From Candidatus Latescibacterota bacterium (GTDB taxonomy: Bacteria > Latescibacterota > UBA2968 > UBA8231), in contig OZ220089.1 in the NCBI GenBank assembly GCA_964291625.2, positions 1,376,001 to 1,440,000 of the forward strand: a stretch of DNA of 64,000 nucleotides, in the 5' to 3' direction. The translations under genes were made by a program, and so were the position numbers. The notes under the pieces were generated by a model, which saw nothing but the letters and a program-made list of their open reading frames with translations, was not told the origin of the DNA and did no database searches. Each line of letters opens with the position of its first letter. Position 1 is the stretch's first letter. This document shows positions 42,526-51,504 of the stretch, in pieces.

Positions 42526-44262
42526 GTGGACTACAAGGAAACCTTGACCAGACCTGCACTTGTCGCAGCTGTCTTTCTGGCTCTCCACGTACTTCCCCTC
42601 CTCTGGAGGCCCAACCCTCTGTGGGGCGCGGATCTCCTCTTCTACCATGCCCCATTGTACCGGGGCATCTTCATTCTGCTCGCTGTCCTGCTGTTCATCC
42701 CCGCCATCCGGAGCCGAGTCCAGGGTATTGCTCGAACCCTTCCGCTCTCCCCCTGGGAGTCGGGACGTAGTGCCTGGCTCATCAAGGCCCTGGTCCTGCT
42801 CATCGCGCTCGCCGTCTTCGTCGCCCTGCGTTCGGCCTGCCATCTTCTGGGCGATGGTTACCTCCTTCTGCGGGACTTGGACGCAGGCATCCTGCAGCCC
42901 ACCCACCGAGCGCCATTTACCTTCGTCCTTGTTCGCTTCCTGCACAGCACCGGGGGCCCACTCTGGGAGACTGCTGAGAACACCTACCGAACTTACAGCT
43001 ACGTCTCCGGCGCCATCTACGTTCTGATCGCCTTCCCCGTTGCCGGTACCCTCGGCAAGACCCCTCTGAAGAAGTCCATCGTCCTGGCCTTCCTGTTGAC
43101 CGGCGGGTTCCTGCAACTCTTCTCCGGCTATGTGGAGAACTACGCCCTCTACATGCCGGGCATCCTCCTCTACCTTCTTCTGGGCATGCGAGTCCTCGAG
43201 AACCGCATGTCCATCTACGTTCCCGCGCTCTTGCTGAGCTTGCTTGTCAACCTTCATCTCGCTCTTGCCCTCTTTAGCCCGTCCCTGCTCATGCTCGTCT
43301 ATCGCAACTACTGCAACAAGCGGGGTCTCGGTCCACGCTGGAGAAACTGGCTCTCTACTGCGACGGCAGTATGTGTGGTCCCGCTGGGGGCGGCACTCTT
43401 TCTCTGGCTCTCCGGCGTTGAGTTCCTGGCCTACTTGGGACGCGCTGGTGACAGCCATCTCCTGCCCGTTCTTGCACAACCTGACTTTCGCGATCCTTAC
43501 CGCCTCTTCTCCCTGTCTCACCTCCTCGACTTTCTCAACCTGCAACTACTAGCCGCCCCTGCCGCGTGCATGGCCCTCTTCCTGCTCGGCAAGAGATCCT
43601 TCGGCCATCACCCCTTCCTTCTCTCCGCCGCGGCTTTCCCCCTGCTCTTCACCTTTCTCGCCAACCCCGAAATTGGTGCCTTCCGAGACTGGGACATTCT
43701 CGCCCTCCCGGCCCTGCCGCTCACGCTCTGGGCAGCCTCCGCGCTCCTTTCACGAATGCGTGATCCGAACAGCGCTTTCCAGGCGGCCTTCCTCATCTGC
43801 GGTGCTGCCGCCCTGCACAGTCTCATGTGGATCGGTCTGAATGCCAGTCCCACGGCCGCCGAGACCCGATACGCCCACCTCATGGACAGACTCACTGGCC
43901 ATGCGGCCTCCTATGGATGGGAAACGCTGGGAAGCTACTACCACCTGCAGGACAACCCAGGATCCGCCCTCAACGCCTACCAGCGCGCCCTCGACGCCAA
44001 CCCGGACAACCCTCGGCACTGGTTGGCTGTCGGATACAGCCGTTACATCATGGGGCAGTACGAAGAGTCAATTCGGTTCTTCCGGAGAGCCGTGGAGATC
44101 AACCCCAACCTACCAAAGGCCCACCTCAATTTGGGCATGGCCTATCGGGCGCTGAAGCGCATGGAAGAAGCCAGATCAAGCCTTGCAAGAGTCCTGGAGC
44201 TCGATCCCGACAATCCTCAGGCAGAAAGGATCCGACGATTCCTCGCGAAGCACAGGAAATAG
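42526..44262 (+). CDS. Polytopic membrane protein (GT-C-like) with C-terminal TPRs
   Basis: Many hydrophobic segments; LLGDG, GYVENYA and RDWDI motifs; three TPRs (AVEINPNLPKAHLNLG); AT-richer than the flanking genes. Confidence 0.75.
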   Translation: MDYKETLTRPALVAAVFLALHVLPLLWRPNPLWGADLLFYHAPLYRGIFILLAVLLFIPAIRSRVQGIARTLPLSPWESGRSAWLIKALVLLIALAVFVALRSACHLLGDGYLLLRDLDAGILQPTHRAPFTFVLVRFLHSTGGPLWETAENTYRTYSYVSGAIYVLIAFPVAGTLGKTPLKKSIVLAFLLTGGFLQLFSGYVENYALYMPGILLYLLLGMRVLENRMSIYVPALLLSLLVNLHLALALFSPSLLMLVYRNYCNKRGLGPRWRNWLSTATAVCVVPLGAALFLWLSGVEFLAYLGRAGDSHLLPVLAQPDFRDPYRLFSLSHLLDFLNLQLLAAPAACMALFLLGKRSFGHHPFLLSAAAFPLLFTFLANPEIGAFRDWDILALPALPLTLWAASALLSRMRDPNSAFQAAFLICGAAALHSLMWIGLNASPTAAETRYAHLMDRLTGHAASYGWETLGSYYHLQDNPGSALNAYQRALDANPDNPRHWLAVGYSRYIMGQYEESIRFFRRAVEINPNLPKAHLNLGMAYRALKRMEEARSSLARVLELDPDNPQAERIRRFLAKHRK

Positions 44263-44290
44263 TGTGCCCAGAGGGACTTGGGATTCCCCA

Positions 44291-46387
44291 ATGAACCCCC
44301 CACCCCTCCAGTCCGCCCTCGAAGCCGTCGAAGCCGGCGATCCCGAGGCCCTCCGCCCCCTGCTGGAGGCCGACCCCTCCCTCGTGAACACCCCTCTTCA
44401 GCACGACGGCCGCACCCGGAGACCCCTGCCGACGCTGCTGCACCGGGCCGCCCTCGGCTGGCGCGAAGCCGAGCTGCGGGTGGCGCAGCTGCTGATCGAT
44501 CACGGCGCCGACGTGAACAGCACGGAGGGCGGGTCCCTGGCGCCGCTGGAGATGGCCGCCTGGTCGCGGCATCCGGGAATGGCGGAGCTTCTGATCGCCA
44601 ACGGCGCCGACGTGGAACTGCACGTCGAGGTGCCGCCGGTGGAGGTGGCCGTCCTCTACCAGAGGAGGGAGATCTTCAAGCTCCTCATCGCGGCGGGCGC
44701 CAGGTACGACATCTCCCACACCCTGCGCCTGGGCATGATGGCGGAGACGCGGGCCCTGCTCGCGGCCGACCCGGCCATCGCCAACATCGAGACCGACCAC
44801 GGGCTGCCGCTGAACCTGGCCGTGGGCCGACCCGGCATCTTCAAGCTGCTGCTGCGGCACGGGGCGGACATCCACGCCGAGGACTCCCTCGGCCTGACGC
44901 CGTTGAAGGCGGCGCGGACCCCGAAGAGCGACAAGGAGGTCCAGGCCCTGCTGGAGATGGGGGTCGAGGACGACATCTACGGGGCCCTGGCGGCCGGCGA
45001 AGAGGCCCGGGTCGAGGCGATCCTGAAGGCCGACCCGTCGCAGGCGCGGCCGGTGGGCTGCTGGCCGCGACGGGGGCCGATCCCGCCCGTGATCTGGGCG
45101 GTCTGGTCCGGCTCGACGCGCATCCTGGAGTTGATCCTGGAGCAGGACGTGCCTCTCGACATCCGGCCGAACCCGCTCAACACGGCGATCTCCTACGGAT
45201 ACGACGAGATGGCGCGCATGCTGCTGGAAGAGGGGGCCTCGCCCGAGTGCGCGGACCCCTCCGACTGGCCGGGGGCCTCCACCTACCCGGCGGACCCCCC
45301 TCTCGGCCTGGTGCCGGCGCCGCCCCGGCCCCACGTGCCGCTCTACAAGGCCCTGCGCGGGGGCACCATCGCCGCCGTGGAGATGCTCCTGGAGGGCGGC
45401 GCGGACCCGAACTGCACCCTTACCAACTGGTCCGGCCTTCAGTGGCCGGCGCGAGCCGGCAATCTGCAGCGGGTGAAGCTCCTGCTCGACCGGGGCGGCG
45501 ATCCGTCGAGCCCCTGCGCCGAGAGTGCCCTTCGCCTGGCGGTGCAGCTGTGCCGGCGGCCGATGATCGAGCTGCTCGTCACCCACGGCGTCGACATCGA
45601 CACGATCGACGCGGACGGCCGGGGCCTGCCCGACATGGTGGGCAAGTCCGACGGGCGACCGCGCCGCCCGGAGCGTGTCCTGAGGACCGCCTTGCTGGAG
45701 GAGCTGATGGGCCTCGTCCACGGGTCCGGGCGGGAGGCCCGTCTCCTGCGGTTGCGGGGCGACCTGGTGGACGCGGTCATCGAGGGCCGGACCGGCGACC
45801 TGCGCGCCGTGCAGGCCGAGGCGCCCGAGTTGTTCGAGCGGGAGCTGGTCCGCGACGAGCTGTTTCACTGGGCCGCCAGCCGGGGTCACGGCCACGTGGT
45901 CGACCTGCTGGTGGAGCTGGGCGCGCCCATGACGATCAGCGTCGCCGCGGCCCTCGGGCGGGTGGAGCTGGTCGACTCCACGTTGAAGGCGGACCCGTCC
46001 CTGGTGGAGGGGCGGCTGACGCCCGGGGAGACCGACTGGAACAAGCACCTGCCCTGGCACCAGCACTCGCCCCTCATCGTCGCCGCCATGAACGACCGCG
46101 CGGAGGTGGCGGCGCTGCTGCTGCACCGCGGCGCCGGGATCGACCGCCAGGTCGGCTGGTACCAGAACACGGCCCTGCACCACGCCGTGGACAGCGAGTC
46201 CACCCAGACCGTCAGGCTCTTGCTGGAAAAGGGCGCGGACGTCAATATCCGCAGCCGCGATCACCACCTGCCCACGGCCCTGGTCAAGAACTGGCCGCCC
46301 TCCGTCTCGCGCCGCGAGATCAGCGACCTGCTCGTCGCCCACGGGGCCAACCCCCAGGAACTACCCACCCACGGAGCAAGTGAATGA
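44291..46387 (+). CDS. Large ankyrin-repeat protein B2 (ANK7)
   Basis: Paralog of B1 along its whole length; ATG at 44291. Confidence 0.9.
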   Translation: MNPPPLQSALEAVEAGDPEALRPLLEADPSLVNTPLQHDGRTRRPLPTLLHRAALGWREAELRVAQLLIDHGADVNSTEGGSLAPLEMAAWSRHPGMAELLIANGADVELHVEVPPVEVAVLYQRREIFKLLIAAGARYDISHTLRLGMMAETRALLAADPAIANIETDHGLPLNLAVGRPGIFKLLLRHGADIHAEDSLGLTPLKAARTPKSDKEVQALLEMGVEDDIYGALAAGEEARVEAILKADPSQARPVGCWPRRGPIPPVIWAVWSGSTRILELILEQDVPLDIRPNPLNTAISYGYDEMARMLLEEGASPECADPSDWPGASTYPADPPLGLVPAPPRPHVPLYKALRGGTIAAVEMLLEGGADPNCTLTNWSGLQWPARAGNLQRVKLLLDRGGDPSSPCAESALRLAVQLCRRPMIELLVTHGVDIDTIDADGRGLPDMVGKSDGRPRRPERVLRTALLEELMGLVHGSGREARLLRLRGDLVDAVIEGRTGDLRAVQAEAPELFERELVRDELFHWAASRGHGHVVDLLVELGAPMTISVAAALGRVELVDSTLKADPSLVEGRLTPGETDWNKHLPWHQHSPLIVAAMNDRAEVAALLLHRGAGIDRQVGWYQNTALHHAVDSESTQTVRLLLEKGADVNIRSRDHHLPTALVKNWPPSVSRREISDLLVAHGANPQELPTHGASE

Positions 46388-48351
46388 CACGCAAGATCTA
46401 CGCTTTCGGCATGGACGGCTTCATCGTCCCCATGATGAAGCGCTTCGCCGCCGAGGGGGCCGTGCCCCACTTCGAGCGCATGCTGCGGGAGGGGGCGGTC
46501 AACCAGACCCTGCCCTCCTTCCCGGTGTGGACCCCCACTAACTGGGCGACCCTGTCCACCGGCGCCCACACCGGCACCCACGGGGTGACCCGCTGGCGCG
46601 TGGAGGTCGAGCCGGGGCGGCGCATCGACAGCTTCGACGGGCGGGCCAACAACGCCGAGCGCATCTGGAACGCCCTCGAACGGGCCGGGATGACGAGCGT
46701 GGCCGTCCACTACCCGGGGGCCCATCCCTCCGGCGTGGAGAAGGGCTTCGTGGTCGACGGCTTCGGCCACCCCAGCCACCGGCGCACCGACTTCGAGGTG
46801 GCTACGTGCCAGGCCTACACGACCGAGGCGGAGCTGGCCGCCGAGATCGAGATGGACCACGACGGCACGGCCGTGCGCGCGGCCCAGAGCGGGGTCGAGC
46901 CGATCCCGCCCCTGAAGCCGGCGCAAGGGTGGAGCAACCTGCCCGACAGCCACGCGCCGCCCCTGGAGAGCCGCATCGAGGTGGAGGCCCGCCTCGGCGG
47001 CGACGTGACCGCCTTCGAGCTGCTGGCCGTGGACGGCGGCGGACGCGGGTACGACCGGGTGCTCGTCTGCCGGGGTCGGGACGGCGGCCGCCGCGTCGCG
47101 CAGGCGCGGGTCGGCGAGTGGAGCGAGTGGGCGCTGGAGGAGTTCGCCATCGACGGCGGCCGGCAGCGGGCCTCGGTCCGCTTCAAGCTGATGGAGCTGG
47201 CCCCGGACGGCAGCCGGCTCAAGCTCTACCGCACCCAGGCGACCTTCGCCGACGGCTTCACCGTGCCCGACGACCTGGCCGGGGAGCTGATCGAGCGCTT
47301 CGGCCCCTACCAGGAGCACGCCTCCATGCTGCCCTACACGGCGGGCATGGCCGACTTCGACACGGCCCTGGAGGAGTGCGAGTACCAGGGCCTGTGGTTC
47401 GCCGAGGTCGCCCGCTACATGCTGCGCGAGCGGGGCTGCTCCTTCTTCATCTGCCACTGGCACCTCTACGACTACCTCAACCACATCCACCTCGGCGACG
47501 TCGACCCCGTCTGCCCCGGGTACGACGCGGACAAGGCGGACGAGTACCTCGACTGTTTCCGGCGCGCCTACCAGGTGGGCGACCGCATCCTCGGCCGCCT
47601 CTGGGAGGATGCCGACGACCGGACCTTCGTGGGCGTCCTCTCCGACCACGGCTGCTCCCCCGACGTGCGCGTGGCCAACATCCGCCAGTTCCTCCACGAG
47701 CGCGGCTTCCTGGCCCTCGCGGGCGGCCAGGAGAACCTGGTGCGCGACCAGGTCCGCGAGGAGGACATCGACTGGGAGCGCACCCGGGCCTACCTGAAGG
47801 ACGACAAGGGCTTCGACATCTTCATCAACGCCGAGCCCGGGCCCGAGTTCGACCGCATCGAGGCGGAGCTGCTGCTGGCCCTGCGCACCTGGGTCGACGA
47901 GGAGGTGGGGCGCAACCCCGTGGCCATCGCACTGCCCCGGCGCGACGCCTGGATCCTCGGCCAGTGGGGGGACCAGTGCGGCGACGTGGTCTTCGCCTGG
48001 GACCACGGCTACGTGAGCGGTTACTACGGCCAGTGGCGGGGCATCGCCGGCGACGCCAGCGTCGGTGCGCCCAACGTGTACGGCGCCCACCACGGCGGCT
48101 TCCTGCCGACCCAGAGCCGGGACTCCTCCAGCTTCGGCTCGTGGCTGCTGGCGGGACCCGGCGTCAAGGCGGGCTACGAGCGCCCGGCGGAGAAGCTCGG
48201 CTACATCCACGCCGCCGACGTGGTCCCCACCTTCTGCCACCTGCTGGGTGCCGAGGCCCCGCGCCAGTCCCAGGGCACGGTGGCGCGGGACCTGCTTCAG
48301 GGGTTCGAGATGGAGCGGGAGCGGGAGTCCCGCGGGCCTGGCGAGCCTTGA
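46384..48351 (+). CDS. Alkaline phosphatase-superfamily protein (type I phosphodiesterase / nucleotide pyrophosphatase-like)
   Basis: FGMDG, PVWTPTNWATLSTGA..HG, SDHG, GAHHG and DVVPT motifs; ATGA overlap with B2. Confidence 0.85.
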   Translation: MTRKIYAFGMDGFIVPMMKRFAAEGAVPHFERMLREGAVNQTLPSFPVWTPTNWATLSTGAHTGTHGVTRWRVEVEPGRRIDSFDGRANNAERIWNALERAGMTSVAVHYPGAHPSGVEKGFVVDGFGHPSHRRTDFEVATCQAYTTEAELAAEIEMDHDGTAVRAAQSGVEPIPPLKPAQGWSNLPDSHAPPLESRIEVEARLGGDVTAFELLAVDGGGRGYDRVLVCRGRDGGRRVAQARVGEWSEWALEEFAIDGGRQRASVRFKLMELAPDGSRLKLYRTQATFADGFTVPDDLAGELIERFGPYQEHASMLPYTAGMADFDTALEECEYQGLWFAEVARYMLRERGCSFFICHWHLYDYLNHIHLGDVDPVCPGYDADKADEYLDCFRRAYQVGDRILGRLWEDADDRTFVGVLSDHGCSPDVRVANIRQFLHERGFLALAGGQENLVRDQVREEDIDWERTRAYLKDDKGFDIFINAEPGPEFDRIEAELLLALRTWVDEEVGRNPVAIALPRRDAWILGQWGDQCGDVVFAWDHGYVSGYYGQWRGIAGDASVGAPNVYGAHHGGFLPTQSRDSSSFGSWLLAGPGVKAGYERPAEKLGYIHAADVVPTFCHLLGAEAPRQSQGTVARDLLQGFEMERERESRGPGEP

Positions 48352-48394
48352 ATCCCGCAGCCCCCAAGCTGAACCCTACTATGCGGCGGGACCC

Positions 48395-48443
48395 TTGACA
48401 TGACTTCACCGCACGGTTACGCTGTAGCTACAGCAAAGCTACA
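48395..48443 (+). promoter_or_regulatory. dinJ promoter and palindromic operator
   Basis: TTGACA 48395-48400, 17-bp spacer, TACGCT 48418-48423; perfect palindrome GCTGTAGCTACAGC 48421-48434 and inverted repeat TGTAGCT-N7-AGCTACA 48423-48443. Confidence 0.8.
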
Positions 48444-48461
48444 AGAGGAGGCGAGTGCGGG

Positions 48462-48719
48462 ATGAGCACCGATACCGTTGTGAGGGCCCGGATCGACAGC
48501 GACACCAAGGCCCGCGCCACCGAAGCGCTGCAAGACATGGGCCTGTCGGTGTCCGACGCGATCCGCATGCTGCTGCTGCGCGTGGCGGAGGAGAAGCGGC
48601 TGCCCTTTGCCGTCCAGGTTCCCAACGCGACGACTGTCAAGGCCATGAAGGAGTTGCAGGAGGGCAGGGGGCAGCGATTCGACACTGCCGAGGAGTTGTT
48701 CCGAGACCTCGACATATGA
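48462..48719 (+). CDS. dinJ: RelB/DinJ-family antitoxin
   Basis: VRARID..K..A...L..MGLSVSDAIRMLL..VA.EKRLPF..PNATT..AM.E...F...EELFRDL; GAGGAGG RBS. Confidence 0.9.
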   Translation: MSTDTVVRARIDSDTKARATEALQDMGLSVSDAIRMLLLRVAEEKRLPFAVQVPNATTVKAMKELQEGRGQRFDTAEELFRDLDI

Positions 48720-49242
48720 GGCCGGTGAGTAGACTGAGTGCCTGGAACGAACTGAGGCGGAAGCTAAAGCCACAGCAACTCCTTGCACTTGCAGAAAGCA
48801 GATCCGGATGGACTCCTTGAATTGCACCTAAATCCATGTGACCCATCACACGTTGCACTCCGTCTGTTCGGATACACTCGTCCCGTCTCTTCTATTCGAT
48901 CGCGCAGATCTCGCAATCCTTGTTCGACTCCTCGTTGAAGAGTTGGGGTCCCATGCAGGACCGGGACGTTCCTGATCTACTGCGTCGGCTGGCGGACGAT
49001 GTTGAGCGCCAGCAGTCTCCGTAGTCACGCTGTTCCCCTTCTTCGAATAGAGGGGATGGTGGTAGGGGCGGATAGCCCCTGCCACCTGAGCTGGGATTCC
49101 TAATGCACGAGGTAATACTGCATTTCGCTGGAGTCTGCGCAGAATGGGCTTTCAGGATCCCATGGCTGACAGGCATCCAGGCTGCCTCACCGGTCATAGG
49201 TATCGTGGTCGGCTGCGTCCTCTCCATAGTTGCGTTCCTGCA

Positions 49243-50661
49243 GGTCAAGTCCCGTTTCTAGTTGAAATGCACAGGTCCGGGTGAGTGTCAGCCCGCCTTC
49301 GCGAGCTGCTTGATGCCGAGTTCCGTCTGCAGAGCATGACGGAGGGTCGGCAGGTGGCGGTATCCGTTGATGCGGCGCAGGCGAGGCTCGATGTCGAGCA
49401 GGCCTGCGGCGACCCAGCGGTGTCGCTGGACGGAGTTGGTCCAGCGGCGCACGTTGCGCGTCAGCTGCCCCAGGAGGCTGTTGACGTTCTCGATGGGGTT
49501 GGTGGTGCGCAGGGACTTCAGCATCGGCATGAGACCAAGCCGGTGCAGCGTGAGCGTCTCCTCAAAGCCCTCCTCGAGGCTGGTCAGCGCCGACTGGTTC
49601 ATCAACTTCAGCCCGGGCTTGAGCGCCTCCAGGGCGGACTTGGCTTCTTCGTAGGTCGGCTTGGCGTAGGCCGCCTCCATCTTCCGACGGATACGCGCTT
49701 GCTCGCTCCTCGCCAGATACGACTGCACGTTCTGGCGCTTGTGATACTGGCAGCGCTGCACGCAGGCCTGGCCGGCCAGCACCGTGGTCACCGCCTTGTG
49801 GAGCCCCTTGCCGCCATCGAGCACGACCAGCAGGCCCGCCTGGTACTGCAACCCGCGATCGACCAAGTCCGTCAGGAAGCGTCGGCACACCCGCTCGTTC
49901 TCGGTGGCCGCCTGCACGAAGCCCAAAGGCACCTTCTGGCCGTCCAGGGTGATGCCGAGGGCGATGAGGATCTCCTCGTCGGCAAACGCCTTGCCGTCGA
50001 GGAAGAGCGCCACCAGGTCGTAGCCGTCCAGAGAGCGCTCCTGAAACTCGGCCAGCTTCCGCGCGGTGCCCTTCACGTAGCGCCGAGAGACCGACGAGCG
50101 GGACATGCCGAAGGCTTCCGGCACGGCCTCGGCGCAGGCCTCGTAGTTGCGGGTGGCAATGCCCTTCATCATGCGCAGCAGCAGCCCCTCGTCCAGCTGC
50201 CGAGGCGTCTGCAACGCCTGGTAGGCCTGCAGGGCCACCTCGGTGTCGGCCTCCACGTTGCGCACCCGGGGCACCGGCACCGGCAGCTTCTGGTCAGCCA
50301 GGTAGACCGAGCCTCGCTGGGAGCCCCAGCGCCGCAGCGGCTGACCCTCGGCGTTGCGCTGATACCGGGGCCCGGCCAGCGCCGCCACTTCCAGCTGCAG
50401 TTCCTCCATGACGGCCCTCAGTCCCAACGGGATCAGCAGTTGGATGGCCTCGATCCGGGCGTCCAACCCTTCGGTCAACGCCTCAGCGGCGGGGTTCGCG
50501 TTCCCCACTTCGATGCGCCCTTTGACGCGGCCTTTCCGGCCGGATAGCTTGCCCACGGCAGGCTCCTTTCTGTTGCCGGTGCGTGATACCCCCCCAGGGC
50601 ATCTTCGCACCAACGAAACGGTGGGAGCCTGTGCTATTTCAACTAAGATCGGGACATCCCC
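49243..50661 (-). mobile_element. IS256-family insertion sequence, 1419 bp
   Basis: Imperfect terminal inverted repeats GGTCAAGTCCCGTTTCTAGTTGAAATGCACAGG (49243-49275) and the reverse complement of 50628-50661; 8-bp target duplication TTCCTGCA at 49235-49242 and 50662-50669. Confidence 0.93.
49288..50556 (-). CDS. IS256-family DDE transposase
   Basis: LFLDG, VLDGGKGL, QRCQYHK (C-x2-H) and TTNPIEN motifs; GTG start at 50556 after AAAGGAG. Confidence 0.92.
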   Translation of the reverse strand: MGKLSGRKGRVKGRIEVGNANPAAEALTEGLDARIEAIQLLIPLGLRAVMEELQLEVAALAGPRYQRNAEGQPLRRWGSQRGSVYLADQKLPVPVPRVRNVEADTEVALQAYQALQTPRQLDEGLLLRMMKGIATRNYEACAEAVPEAFGMSRSSVSRRYVKGTARKLAEFQERSLDGYDLVALFLDGKAFADEEILIALGITLDGQKVPLGFVQAATENERVCRRFLTDLVDRGLQYQAGLLVVLDGGKGLHKAVTTVLAGQACVQRCQYHKRQNVQSYLARSEQARIRRKMEAAYAKPTYEEAKSALEALKPGLKLMNQSALTSLEEGFEETLTLHRLGLMPMLKSLRTTNPIENVNSLLGQLTRNVRRWTNSVQRHRWVAAGLLDIEPRLRRINGYRHLPTLRHALQTELGIKQLAKAG

Positions 50662-51200
50662 TTCCTGCAATACAGGGTAGCCAAGGAGTTGAAGAATGTC
50701 CGATTGCGGTCCGATCGGCCTATTGTAAATGCTTACTGGGAAAGACACACAACTGGGTTGACGTTTGTGATAGAGAACGTCGGTAATCATCCCGCAAAGA
50801 GTGTACAGGTCGATTTCATAATCGCAGGCGGGGAGCGACTTGAGAACTCGGAATTGAGACGTAAACTGGCTGTGCTACCTGAGTCGTTGGAATATGGATA
50901 CACAGGATGTATCCCTCCCGGAAAGAGGCGGGCGTTTCCCTTTGCCTCTGAGATAGCGATACGTGATGCCATGACTCGCATGTATACTCCAGTGGAGGAA
51001 CGTCCGGTCCGAGGTGAATTCCCGGCAAGGGTTAGGCCGATATTTGTCAAAGTGGAGTACTTCGACGAATCCGGACAGAGATATACGCCTTACGATGGAG
51101 ACGAAGCCGATTCTCTGAATGTCCTGACAGGTGAGGGGATTTTCACCTCGGTCAGATGACGGGGGCGGTCATCGCGGTTGCCAAGACAAGTGTATTGTCC

Positions 51201-51473
51201 ATGCTGACTCCTATCCGCTCCTCGCAGTTCAAGCGCGATGTGCGACGGGCCGAGCGTCGAGGCAAGGACCTGACGAAACTTCGCTCATTTCTGGCGTCCC
51301 TGATCCACCAGGAGGCGTTGTCCGCGCGCTATCGCGACCATCCGCTACGGGGGATCTGGAGAGGTTACCGTGAGTCGCATTTCGAAGCGGACTGGCTCTT
51401 GATCTACCGCGTCCAGGGGGACGAGTTGCACTTGATCCGCACCGGGACGCACTCGGATCTCTTCAAAGAGTAG
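51201..51473 (+). CDS. yafQ: YafQ-family mRNA interferase toxin
   Basis: QFKRD, YRDHPLRG.W.GYRESH..DWLLIY and RTGTHSDLF motifs. Confidence 0.9.
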   Translation: MLTPIRSSQFKRDVRRAERRGKDLTKLRSFLASLIHQEALSARYRDHPLRGIWRGYRESHFEADWLLIYRVQGDELHLIRTGTHSDLFKE

Positions 51474-51504
51474 CCCCGCGGCTCGGGTCTCTCTCTGACT
51501 TGAA

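Larger units (their letters stand above)
30917..46390 (+). repeat. Tandem duplication of the ankyrin A...B unit with different inserts
   Basis: A1 30917-31984 matches A2 41415-42503. B1 39316-41398 matches B2 44305-46390. Confidence 0.9.
49103..51159 (+). pseudogene. Single-TM hypothetical protein (209 aa when rejoined) interrupted by IS256
   Basis: Removing the IS and one target copy joins ATG 49103 (MHEVIL...VIGIVVGCVLSIVAFLQ) in frame to YRVAKELKNVRLRSDRPIV...ENVGNHPA...FTSVR* at 51159. Confidence 0.75.

Noticed and set aside
29693-44290. Integron cassette array explaining the cargo genes
   Set aside because: I found no integron integrase and no attC-like RYYYAAC...GTTRRRY palindromes at the cargo boundaries.
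48716-48820. 34-aa ORF (MRPVSRLSAW...) overlapping the dinJ stop as a toxin remnant
   Set aside because: The position fits, but it has no recognisable RelE/YafQ residues and is too short to support.
50689-51159. 156-aa ORF as an independent gene
   Set aside because: It is the 3' part of the IS256-interrupted gene starting at 49103.
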